Below the pieces are notes generated by a model that had not been told where the DNA came from, searched no databases, and saw nothing but the letters and a program-made list of their open reading frames with translations. Shown here piece by piece: positions 36,534 through 44,980 of a stretch of 64,000 nucleotides of DNA. The DNA lies in IMG/VR virus record IMGVR_UViG_3300028805_002025, positions 32,001 to 96,000 of that record; one strand, written 5' to 3'. This DNA is from a virus. Its lineage: Duplodnaviria; Caudoviricetes. How positions within the stretch are numbered: the stretch's first letter is position 1; each line of letters opens with the position of its first letter. The position numbers were made by a program, and so were the translations under genes.

Positions 36534-36728
36534 TTAAAATCCCGTAAACATTATTGTTAGTATGTAAGCTAAAGCTATTCCGAAAACAATCAGTCCCTTA
36601 TCAGATGATATAATCTTGCCAGACTTGAGTCTGAATACGCTTACAACATGGAATATATCACCCAGTATTACGAATAGAGACATTATGAACAGGAAAACCT
36701 TAATCTGTAGTAATAGTGTTGCTATCAT
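36534..36728 (-). CDS. Small two-TM membrane protein
   Basis: Two hydrophobic helices; ATGA overlap. Confidence 0.6.
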   Translation of the reverse strand: MIATLLLQIKVFLFIMSLFVILGDIFHVVSVFRLKSGKIISSDKGLIVFGIALAYILTIMFTGF

Positions 36729-36922
36729 GGCTCTTCATTTTCTAATTGGTTATTCTTAACACTTATGACATCTTTTTCTGACACGAATTTTTCCTCACCA
36801 TTATCATCAACCACAAAAGATGTTCTTGGTTGTAAGTTAAATGGGTTATAAAGTGCCATCATTCTTTTTAATGTATATTCACCACCCTTGGTGACTACTA
36901 CACTTCCTTCTTTAAATTCCAT
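36725..36922 (-). CDS. Hypothetical protein
   Basis: ORF in operon. Confidence 0.55.
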   Translation of the reverse strand: MEFKEGSVVVTKGGEYTLKRMMALYNPFNLQPRTSFVVDDNGEEKFVSEKDVISVKNNQLENEEP

Positions 36923-37017
36923 AGTTTCAACATTTTATTAAGTTAAATATGTAAATCTTTATAAAATATAAAAAAAATGCCTAGAAAATAAAGATTTCCA
37001 AGCACTTTGTTTAAAAA

Positions 37018-37707
37018 TTATTCTAAATTAAATGTTATTCCAACACCAGCCATAACTCCCCACTCCTTGTGGCACACATCATAACCAGCTGTAACGGAAG
37101 GTCCTATAGAAAACTTTGAAAGTATACTTTTCTTTTTTTCCTTCTTGAATGCTGTTACATCTGTAATAGTGCCACCATTTTCAGAACCAATGGTTGTATG
37201 ATTCATACCGTTGTCCTCCTTGTTGACTATGGTAAACTTGTTCTTCACCTTAGCCTGGATGGAATACCAGTTAGGCTCTGTGAATGAGTTGACATTAAGC
37301 TTATACTGGAACGTGTCATTAGGCTCACTTATATACTCGAATGTCTTGGCAACTTGAGGGATTGTAACTGGTATGGTGTCATATACGATACTGTCCTTTA
37401 CCTTAGGTTTAGTAGTAACCTGTCCAGTGTTATACTCCTTCTCATGTGTAAACTGTATTACGATATCCAACTTATCCTTATATTTCTTAAGGGAGTCATA
37501 CAGTTGTTCATTCTCTTTCTTTAGGTCGCTGAACGCCTTACTATAATATATCTTATTGTATCTATTAAGGCTATCATAGTATTCAACTTCCTCCACAAGT
37601 CGCCTGGTGTTATTGTATGATTTGTCAGCATACCACACCAGACCACACGTTATTAGGAATAGTATTAAAACAATCCAAAAACATTTTTGTTTAAACGGAT
37701 TCTCCAT
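37018..37707 (-). CDS. Membrane-anchored protein, possible spanin-like lysis accessory
   Basis: N-terminal TM, coiled coil, C-terminal amphipathic beta-hairpin FSIGPSVTAGYD...GVGITFNL; next to holin-like gene. Confidence 0.4.
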   Translation of the reverse strand: MENPFKQKCFWIVLILFLITCGLVWYADKSYNNTRRLVEEVEYYDSLNRYNKIYYSKAFSDLKKENEQLYDSLKKYKDKLDIVIQFTHEKEYNTGQVTTKPKVKDSIVYDTIPVTIPQVAKTFEYISEPNDTFQYKLNVNSFTEPNWYSIQAKVKNKFTIVNKEDNGMNHTTIGSENGGTITDVTAFKKEKKKSILSKFSIGPSVTAGYDVCHKEWGVMAGVGITFNLE

Positions 37708-38524
37708 TTCTCTTAGCCTCCTCTAATTTTTTTTCTTCTTCTAATAGTCTCTCTTGTTGCTTCTTAAGGTCTAGAAGGGTCGCAATGTTAAGACCATATG
37801 CCTCAACCTTCTTTTCTATTGCGTCTTTACTTGGTACTCTATCCATACTATGGAAAGAAACTCCCAAGAATCCAAGAGGACCTTCACCGTGACTCAAGTA
37901 GATAAAAGATGTATATTTACCACCATCTTCCTTCATATGTTTTGCAAACTCATAATCAATTTTAGATAGTTCATCTATTGTACCAATAAAAAACTTATTA
38001 TTACGCATATAAGTCGGAAAAGTGTACATTGTCAGTGGAACATCCTTATACTTGTAATATACTCTGTCCACACCTCTCTCTCTATTTGCGACCTCATAGT
38101 TCATATTAGCAAACTCGAATGGTAACCCACTAGGATTTGTTACACCATTGTGACATTCGAAAATGAAAACCCTATCAGCATTAAGGCCATACAGTATCCT
38201 ATCAATATTTTCCTGGATAATTGGAGTTACATCTGTTCTGATTTTCTCCTTCTCTTTCTCTATGGCTTGTCTTTTCTTATGGTCATCTTCCAGTATCTTC
38301 TCTGTTGACTTATCAACAAATTTCTCGCTCTTAACTACGTTATAAAGATAAAATCCCGTTAAAGCTGTGGCTAGGAAGAAAAACGTAACAAAGTAAACCT
38401 TAAGTATTTTAGTCCATTTAGCATTTGCTATTGTATTTACAACCCATTTTGTTGCTTGTATGTAAACAGGTTCTTTCTTGCCTTCATTTGGGCTGATATT
38501 AATGTTTATGTCCTTGTTTTTCAT
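37691..38524 (-). CDS. Single-TM protein with GAF-like domain, possible T4 T-type holin
   Basis: One TM followed by ADRVFIFECHNG...GLPF...GFLGVSF. Confidence 0.5.
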   Translation of the reverse strand: MKNKDININISPNEGKKEPVYIQATKWVVNTIANAKWTKILKVYFVTFFFLATALTGFYLYNVVKSEKFVDKSTEKILEDDHKKRQAIEKEKEKIRTDVTPIIQENIDRILYGLNADRVFIFECHNGVTNPSGLPFEFANMNYEVANRERGVDRVYYKYKDVPLTMYTFPTYMRNNKFFIGTIDELSKIDYEFAKHMKEDGGKYTSFIYLSHGEGPLGFLGVSFHSMDRVPSKDAIEKKVEAYGLNIATLLDLKKQQERLLEEEKKLEEAKRNGESV

Positions 38525-38551
38525 CTTTCTTCACATAAAATTAAATCGTTA

Positions 38552-39367
38552 TTAGTTCATTAACTTCCTAGCCTTATTGACCATATCGTTGAACTCTTTG
38601 CCCTCCTGGACTCTGAATGAAGGTGTCGTCCTGTTTGCCTCTGCGCTCTTGTAGCCCCAAAGCTGCTTGATTCTATCCTTCTGTTCGTTTACGAGGGTCA
38701 TGTTGACCTTCTTGGTTACTTTAGGTTCTCTTTCGTTCCACTCAACAAGATATTCATTGTCTGCCGTGTCTCTCATAATGAACTTCTTGCCCTCAACTTT
38801 CAGCTCATCTGGAATCTTTGACATCATATGTCCTTCAGATATGAACTGGGTCTTGAATGTAAGTCTCTTAATTTTCTTGTTCTCGTACATAGTGCTGTCG
38901 TTGTCTTCTATGTCCTTTTTCTTTAGTTCTCTACCAGTAAGTCCAATCTCAGCTGCCGTATCCTTGCCCTGCTTTGCTGCCTCGGCATGGTCTTTAGCTG
39001 CATCATAAATCTTACCGTTGTCGTCGAATGTAGCGTTACCAAACTCATCGTTCTTGTGCTTGTCCTCTGCATCCTTTGATACGTAGCCCTTCATCTGGGA
39101 CTTCGTTCTCTCCATAAATGGCTTGTTGATACTGTCATAAGTAAGGTCATGCATCCCCTTGTTATCAGTTGCTGAGATACCCCCACCTGGCTTCTGGTTC
39201 TTCTTTCCGACACCACCATCATACTTTTCGGTTTCCTTCTTGATGTCAGAATAGGCTTCATCATTGATTTTTTTCGTCTCCTTATCACCAAAAACAACTG
39301 GTTTAAACTCGTTGGTGCTTTCCTTGATGACTTTTCTCAATTCACCCACATTAATTCTAGTTACCAT
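38552..39367 (-). CDS. Hypothetical, possible head-internal/scaffold protein
   Basis: N-terminus RINVGELRKVIKES resembles the LTES leader; charged composition. Confidence 0.6.
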   Translation of the reverse strand: MVTRINVGELRKVIKESTNEFKPVVFGDKETKKINDEAYSDIKKETEKYDGGVGKKNQKPGGGISATDNKGMHDLTYDSINKPFMERTKSQMKGYVSKDAEDKHKNDEFGNATFDDNGKIYDAAKDHAEAAKQGKDTAAEIGLTGRELKKKDIEDNDSTMYENKKIKRLTFKTQFISEGHMMSKIPDELKVEGKKFIMRDTADNEYLVEWNEREPKVTKKVNMTLVNEQKDRIKQLWGYKSAEANRTTPSFRVQEGKEFNDMVNKARKLMN

Positions 39368-39378
39368 AATTTTATAAT

Positions 39379-39546
39379 TTATTGATTATTAAATTGATTT
39401 ATATACAATCCCCTTAACATCTGCTCAAACATGAGCCGTGTCATTTTACCACCGTCTGGTTTTTGCTTCTTGCGCTCCGTCTGAAGCTGCTCATCAATCT
39501 CCTGTATCTTCTCGATGGTCTCCTTATTTGCCTCGTAGTCTATCAT
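39379..39546 (-). CDS. 55-aa hypothetical protein (not in ORF track)
   Basis: MIDYEANKETIEKIQEIDEQLQ...; ATATTTAT overlaps its ATG. Confidence 0.55.
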   Translation of the reverse strand: MIDYEANKETIEKIQEIDEQLQTERKKQKPDGGKMTRLMFEQMLRGLYINQFNNQ

Positions 39547-39563
39547 AAATATCTGTTACTTTC

Positions 39564-40262
39564 TCATTTTGATGGTAAAAGGTCAACTTTTTGTAAGGCA
39601 TATTTGACAACATCATGTCTAAATTCCTTGGTCATCCTATTACCACTGGCTTTTAGCTGCGCTATACGCATCTTAATAATATTCATAAACTGTGCCGCAT
39701 TCTCACCATCATTCATAACCAAGATGTGATTAACTGTATCATTCACAGTACTGATTCTACTTATATTCACCAAATTGCGATACAGCTCCTGTTTTAAATT
39801 TGTAGGAAGTACGGATGATATCTCCCTAAGCTCTTCACTACTGAATAGGCGTTCCTCTCCATTCATTACCCTGCTTGTAAGCTCCCTGTCGGATAACCTG
39901 TTTAGATATCCTGGATTAAGACCTTTCTTTTCAATCCCATATTTCAAGATGTGATGAATGTTATCCCAAGGATTATCCCACACACCCTGTATGTCAAACC
40001 TGTCAAAACCAAGCAACTGGAAAGCTGCTTCTTCAAGGTACGATGACAATGAACCAAACAGTCTTCCAGTCGAAAATATCTGCCTATTAGGGTGATTATC
40101 ATATTCCTTATTGTGAGCAAGTTGCTCTATCCTATCCCTATCTCTAGCAGCTATTTCTTTTCTCTTTGCAGTGCCGTATACAGGATAATTAAGAACATTT
40201 TCAACAGATTCCCTTATAATCCTGTGTAACGCACTTTCAGTAAGTATTATTTTTTTACTCAT
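39564..40262 (-). CDS. LTES-leader protein
   Basis: MSKKIILTESALHRIIRESVENVL then unrelated body. Confidence 0.75.
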   Translation of the reverse strand: MSKKIILTESALHRIIRESVENVLNYPVYGTAKRKEIAARDRDRIEQLAHNKEYDNHPNRQIFSTGRLFGSLSSYLEEAAFQLLGFDRFDIQGVWDNPWDNIHHILKYGIEKKGLNPGYLNRLSDRELTSRVMNGEERLFSSEELREISSVLPTNLKQELYRNLVNISRISTVNDTVNHILVMNDGENAAQFMNIIKMRIAQLKASGNRMTKEFRHDVVKYALQKVDLLPSK

Positions 40263-40525
40263 TTCTTTATTACAGACTCACCAATAGGATTAACGGAGAT
40301 TGAATGATTATTTCCACCATCTCTACTAATACCTGGTCTTGGGTCAAGGCTTTTAACAACCTCATCTGTTGGGTCGCCAACTGGAGAAGGTCTTCTCATC
40401 ATAGGAAATACAGGGCGATTCACATCACCAGAAGAACTAGCATCTGTCTCTGCAAGTATCTTCTGTACGGATTCCTTCACAAGTCTATGAAGTTCGCTTT
40501 CTGTAAGTCTAATTATTTGCTTCAT
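40259..40525 (-). CDS. LTES-leader small protein
   Basis: MKQIIRLTESELHRLVKESVQKILAE; ATGA overlaps on both sides. Confidence 0.75.
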   Translation of the reverse strand: MKQIIRLTESELHRLVKESVQKILAETDASSSGDVNRPVFPMMRRPSPVGDPTDEVVKSLDPRPGISRDGGNNHSISVNPIGESVIKK

Positions 40526-40770
40526 CCTTTATGCCCTACTGGTTTTTCAGATTTATTCATTGCAATATCTTCTCTACCATAAGTTGGGTCATCGTCATCT
40601 ACCAACCCCTTAGCTGGATATGCAATACCAAAAGAAGAGTCAGCTGAACCATCAGCATTTACTCCAAAAGTGGTATTAGCACCGCCATCAAATTCTTTAA
40701 GAATATTTTTAACAGATTCCTTAACGATTCTATGAAGGTCACTCTCTGTAAGTCTAATTATCTGTTTCAT
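40522..40770 (-). CDS. LTES-leader small protein
   Basis: MKQIIRLTESDLHRIVKESVKNILKE. Confidence 0.75.
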   Translation of the reverse strand: MKQIIRLTESDLHRIVKESVKNILKEFDGGANTTFGVNADGSADSSFGIAYPAKGLVDDDDPTYGREDIAMNKSEKPVGHKG

Positions 40771-40790
40771 ATTATGTTATACTTTTTGTG

Positions 40791-41360
40791 TTATGCACCT
40801 GCTGCTTTTCTCCTGCTTCCTGCTGCTGGTGTACCTGCTGCTGTAGGAGTTGTAGCGGTTGTAGTTGCTGCACCTGGAACTGCTGTTCCTGCTGCTGGTG
40901 TACCTGCTGCTGTAGGAGTTGCTGTAGCTGCTGGCTGTGTTCCAGCCTGCTTCTTAGCTGCCTTAGCTGCCCAAGGGTCTTGAACTGATGTATTCATTGG
41001 AGTACCCTTAGCAACCTGGTTAGCCATCTTTGTATAACCAGCTGCGGCTCTACCAAGCATTGTACTTATACTACCAAGCTGTTTAGCAATGGTTTGGTTC
41101 TTTGTCTGCTGAGCAATTGTTTTCATCTGTACAAGAGCATTTTGTGCCTCCTGTGCATAACTGTTAAACGAAGATGCCCAGTTACCAGCCTTATATGTCT
41201 GTCCAACATTAAAGTTCCAGTTCTTAGCACCCTGCCAAACATTCTTAAGACCGCCCCAAACACCTTCTCCAAGTTCATTCTCGGTAAGATACGTCTTAAC
41301 AGCATCCTCAACAAGCATATGAAGGTCTTGTTCTGTCAATTGAATAGACTTGTTATTCAT
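40791..41360 (-). CDS. LTES-leader protein with Ala/Thr/Pro-rich tail
   Basis: MNNKSIQLTEQDLHMLVEDAVKTYLTE; repeated TPTAAGTPAAG. Confidence 0.75.
   Translation of the reverse strand: MNNKSIQLTEQDLHMLVEDAVKTYLTENELGEGVWGGLKNVWQGAKNWNFNVGQTYKAGNWASSFNSYAQEAQNALVQMKTIAQQTKNQTIAKQLGSISTMLGRAAAGYTKMANQVAKGTPMNTSVQDPWAAKAAKKQAGTQPAATATPTAAGTPAAGTAVPGAATTTATTPTAAGTPAAGSRRKAAGA
40818..40921. repeat. Direct repeat encoding TPTAAGTPAAG
   Basis: TCCTGCTGCTGGTGTACCTGCTGCTGTAGGAGTTG occurs twice, 69 bp apart. Confidence 0.8.
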
Positions 41361-41375
41361 AGTTTTATTTCGTGT

Positions 41376-41576
41376 TTAAGCATTATCTTCAGTTCCACCA
41401 GTTACATCCTCATCGTCGTCAGACTCCTCTTCAGATTCTTCTTCCTCCACAGGAACGATGTATTTCATGTTCTTGACTTCCTTAACCTTTGATACTGGGA
41501 AATGGTCAACGTCACCCAACATTGTGCTGTTATAATCAAATCCGTAAAACTCAAGTGTTCTAACTTTCTTTTTCAT
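41376..41576 (-). CDS. Small acidic-tail protein
   Basis: ORF in operon. Confidence 0.6.
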   Translation of the reverse strand: MKKKVRTLEFYGFDYNSTMLGDVDHFPVSKVKEVKNMKYIVPVEEEESEEESDDDEDVTGGTEDNA

Positions 41577-41593
41577 TGTTATGTAATTTTTTA

Positions 41594-41959
41594 TTAATTA
41601 TTTTCGAATAATTTCTGATATAGTCTCTTTATCTTCTTTTTAAAGTCTTTCTTCGGAACTCTATAGGAGAGATAATATCTTGACTCCATTTCTCCAGTTT
41701 CTTCACTGTGAGGCTCATCAATTCTCTCCTTCATGGTGATGACACTTTCATCACGAAGCAATTTCCTCAGCTTACCACTGGTGAATCCCCTTATGGCTAG
41801 TTTCTGGCTAGGTTTTGCATTTATAGGGTCTTCCAGGAGGTCAACTATGAATTTCTTTATTTCCCTAAAGAAGTCGAAGAATGGTAGTTTCTCCTCTGAT
41901 TCATCAAGGAGTGACTTAATCTCTGGTATCCTGTCTTCCTTTATGTATATTACCTTCAC
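41594..41959 (-). CDS. Hypothetical protein with degenerate leader
   Basis: MKVIYIKEDRIPEIKSLLDE. Confidence 0.65.
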   Translation of the reverse strand: MKVIYIKEDRIPEIKSLLDESEEKLPFFDFFREIKKFIVDLLEDPINAKPSQKLAIRGFTSGKLRKLLRDESVITMKERIDEPHSEETGEMESRYYLSYRVPKKDFKKKIKRLYQKLFENN

Positions 41960-42171
41960 CTAACAACCCCTCCCTTCCAAGAACTGCTTCTGTTGAACAG
42001 GGTCTTGTAAAGGTCTTCTATGGCATCAGCCACAATTTCCTTTACCTTCCTCTCAAACTCCTTAGTGTCATATGAAGACGATATTTTATTAGCAACGATT
42101 GAATTAACTTCATTCTTGCTTAACTCCTCTGTAATTATCTGGTCTATCCTATTTTCTGAAATTGTCCTCAT
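41956..42171 (-). CDS. Hypothetical protein with degenerate leader
   Basis: MRTISENRIDQIITE; first gene after ATATTTAT at 42189. Confidence 0.65.
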   Translation of the reverse strand: MRTISENRIDQIITEELSKNEVNSIVANKISSSYDTKEFERKVKEIVADAIEDLYKTLFNRSSSWKGGVVR

Positions 42172-42188
42172 ATGTACATTATTTTCTA

Positions 42189-42197
42189 TATAAATAT
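42189..42197 (-). promoter_or_regulatory. ATATTTAT phage-specific (late-type) promoter candidate heading the LTES cluster
   Basis: Motif recurs a short distance upstream of about 14 starts in the window. Confidence 0.6.
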
Positions 42198-42234
42198 CAC
42201 TAAATACAAAAAAAGGACGCTATCTCTAGCATCC

Positions 42235-43221
42235 TTAATTATCTCTGTTTGCAGCCCTATTCAATTTTTCCATTATACGATTACAATCGGTATACACTTC
42301 ATATGGAAAATCATATTCTTTGTCTGAATAATATATGATATCTATACCATGCTCTTTACAAAGTTCTTTTTTAACACTATCGTTATTTTGCTGACGTTTT
42401 AGGTAATCTTCTCCACCAAAATATTTTATTGGTTTAAAATGTTGTAAACCTTGACATTCTATAGCAATATTGTATTCTGGTAAATAAAAATCTAAACTTT
42501 TAACACTTTTACCATTCACAAGCCAATCGAAAACTTTCTGTTGTTCAAAAACTATCTTATTTTCCTCAAGTAGTTTACTAATATGTATCTCCATCTTGGA
42601 TAGTTTGCAATATGGGCATCCTTCTTTATGTATTAAATGATTATGAGGTGTCACATAAAAGCTCTTTCCACACTTTTTGCAAGTAACTTTAATTGGAATT
42701 TTATTACCTAAATATTTACACTCAGTATAATCATACATATTTCCAAAAAGCTTTATACTATCAGAAATAAACTGTTCTTTACTCTTCCTTTGTATAATAT
42801 GATTACTTTCACTAAAACATTTTGGACAACCATTTGATTTTAAATGATTATATGGCGTTTGATGAAAAATTCCGTGAATTGGGCATATGATATCAACTTT
42901 TGTATCACAGTTAACATATATTACTTTGGAGTAATCATACCTGTCCCCAAACTTTTCTACTGCTCTTTTTACGAATTCTTCTTTACCAAGAGAATTATAT
43001 CCTACTCCTCGTTTTTTTCTAGGTTTAGAACTACTACATTTCTTACACCCATGACCATCTAAATGATGTGACGGTCTCTGCCAAAACTCACCATGTTCTG
43101 GACATATGATACATACATTGGTTTTACTATTGACATAATTAACCTTTGAATAATCATACTTATTTCCATGAATTTGTTTAGATAATCTAATAAATTCTTC
43201 CTGTTTTATGGGTTTAGACAT
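42235..43221 (-). CDS. Zn-ribbon-repeat (DUF723-like) putative homing endonuclease
   Basis: Three YDYS...C..HG.F.Q.P..H...GC..C modules plus DFYLPEYNIAIECQGLQH. Confidence 0.82.
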   Translation of the reverse strand: MSKPIKQEEFIRLSKQIHGNKYDYSKVNYVNSKTNVCIICPEHGEFWQRPSHHLDGHGCKKCSSSKPRKKRGVGYNSLGKEEFVKRAVEKFGDRYDYSKVIYVNCDTKVDIICPIHGIFHQTPYNHLKSNGCPKCFSESNHIIQRKSKEQFISDSIKLFGNMYDYTECKYLGNKIPIKVTCKKCGKSFYVTPHNHLIHKEGCPYCKLSKMEIHISKLLEENKIVFEQQKVFDWLVNGKSVKSLDFYLPEYNIAIECQGLQHFKPIKYFGGEDYLKRQQNNDSVKKELCKEHGIDIIYYSDKEYDFPYEVYTDCNRIMEKLNRAANRDN

Positions 43222-43222
43222 A

Positions 43223-43807
43223 TTATTCTCTTTTAGCTGCTTTATGAAGCTTTTCTAATAAATCACCGTCTTGTGTAATACTATCCCTCCAATTTAAATA
43301 TGCATTCCTTAATTTTCCTATAGTTCTTGTATTTTCTTCAGTAAGTTGCATTGCTTCTGTCCACACATAAAGACCGTTTGCTCCAGAAGGGTCGTTATAT
43401 CTAAACTGGAACGACATGTTTAAAGTGTTAATCTTACCCTCTAGGGTCATGTCGTCAGAGTCTGGGTAATACTTGAGAGCATCGTTCTCAAGCTTTATGT
43501 TTTCACCGATGGTCTTCTTAAGGGTTTCCTCCTGGGCAACCCTAACATCACCGAACTGTGGAGTATCCTTCCTTATCTCGAAGTAGTTCTTGTGACCGTC
43601 GTCAGACTCATTTTCAGCCTCCTCCTCAGTTAAGATTTTTTTTTTACTTTCTTTTACAGCTTCCTCCATGAGAGTTTTTGACCTGTTAAGAAAATTATCC
43701 TTCTCAGTATCCTCCATTACGAATTGCTCTGCTGCTTCTCTAGCCTGCCTGTCCTTATTTTCTCTAAGCTTGGCAAGCATCTTCTTTGTTACGCTCATTT
43801 CGCTCAT
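43223..43807 (-). CDS. Hypothetical protein
   Basis: ATG start adjacent to upstream stop; contains KKKILTE. Confidence 0.65.
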   Translation of the reverse strand: MSEMSVTKKMLAKLRENKDRQAREAAEQFVMEDTEKDNFLNRSKTLMEEAVKESKKKILTEEEAENESDDGHKNYFEIRKDTPQFGDVRVAQEETLKKTIGENIKLENDALKYYPDSDDMTLEGKINTLNMSFQFRYNDPSGANGLYVWTEAMQLTEENTRTIGKLRNAYLNWRDSITQDGDLLEKLHKAAKRE

Positions 43808-43808
43808 A

Positions 43809-44222
43809 TTAAATGTCCATTTCTTGTCCGTTCCAAAGATAGCCAAACACACGGCTAATTATGTTTTTCTTTGGTTTATTTTCAGTGTGATGAATTATTT
43901 TCCTTGCATTTGGTACTGGCTCTTCCTCAGCTGGCTCTTCTGTCTTTATCTCCTCAACTGGAGCAGCTTCTTCAATAGGTACTACCTCTTCCTCCTCTGG
44001 TGCTTGTTCATCCTGTGGTATTTCTTCCTCAATAGGTGCTTCCTCTTCAATTGGAGCTACTACTGCTGGGTCTCCGTTCATTATATCAAGTGCCTTCTCA
44101 GCGTCTTCCACTGTAGGTACTTGTTCTGGTTTGCTTTGTGTAATTACAACTGGTTCTTCCTCTTTTGCAGTAACCTTCTTTTTCTTAGGTGCTGCCTTCT
44201 TTGCGGTTTCTTTCTTTGCCAT
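43809..44222 (-). CDS. Low-complexity protein (basic N-terminus, E/P-rich body)
   Basis: MAKKETAKKAAPKKKK, repeated PIEEE; preceded by ATATTTAT. Confidence 0.65.
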   Translation of the reverse strand: MAKKETAKKAAPKKKKVTAKEEEPVVITQSKPEQVPTVEDAEKALDIMNGDPAVVAPIEEEAPIEEEIPQDEQAPEEEEVVPIEEAAPVEEIKTEEPAEEEPVPNARKIIHHTENKPKKNIISRVFGYLWNGQEMDI

Positions 44223-44248
44223 AACTGTTTTATTTAATATAAATATTA

Positions 44249-44971
44249 TTAAGTAAATAATTCTTCGGTATTATTGAGCAACATTGCATTTGAGCGTAAC
44301 TTTCTTATTGCATTTATTTTTATTTGTCTAGCACGTTCACTGCTAATACCCATCTTATTTCCTATCTCTACGAAGTTAAGCTTCTCGTTTCCGTTAAGTC
44401 CAAAGTAGTAGTTTATTACTGACTCCTCCCTGGTGGTGAGTGTCGGCATTATGCTGTTAAGTGCGTCGTTCTGATTTCTACAAACCTCACGCCTCCTCTC
44501 ATCCGATGAGTTGGAGAACGAAGTCTCCATCAGTGAGACCGATTCATCCTCAGAATCGGATGCTGTGTTTTCATATGAATTACCATATATATCTTCCTGT
44601 TCTACCTCCACTGAGAACATCAGTTTCTTCTTCTTGATAGCATCCAGCATGGCATGCCTTATCCACCATACAGCATATGAAATAAACTTTACATCCTTTT
44701 CTTCATCAAACTTGGTGATGGCGTATATCAGAGCCATATTCCCTTCGGATATAAGGTCTGATATTGGTACGCCTTTTCCAGTATATTTCTTAGCCATGTC
44801 GAAAACAAACCTAAGATTGCTTTCTAATATTTCATTTCTGGCTTTTATATTTCCATGTTTGGATAATCTTAGGAGACGCTTCTCCTTAGCCCTTGACATA
44901 GGCTTGGTACTCTTCAAATCATCAAAATATATTTTGACAGTATCCGTAAAATCATTTGCATATTGATTCAT
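44249..44971 (-). CDS. Second sigma70-family sigma factor (short, no clear region 3)
   Basis: SNLRFV, DLISEGN, KFD, FISYAVWWIR, LTTRE..VI..YFGL, ISSERARQI. Confidence 0.9.
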   Translation of the reverse strand: MNQYANDFTDTVKIYFDDLKSTKPMSRAKEKRLLRLSKHGNIKARNEILESNLRFVFDMAKKYTGKGVPISDLISEGNMALIYAITKFDEEKDVKFISYAVWWIRHAMLDAIKKKKLMFSVEVEQEDIYGNSYENTASDSEDESVSLMETSFSNSSDERRREVCRNQNDALNSIMPTLTTREESVINYYFGLNGNEKLNFVEIGNKMGISSERARQIKINAIRKLRSNAMLLNNTEELFT

Positions 44972-44980
44972 ATTTAAAAG

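Noticed and set aside
40788-40988. Metallothionein-like Cys-rich plus-strand ORF
   Set aside because: Antisense shadow of GCA-rich Ala/Thr/Pro codons in the minus-strand gene 40791-41360.
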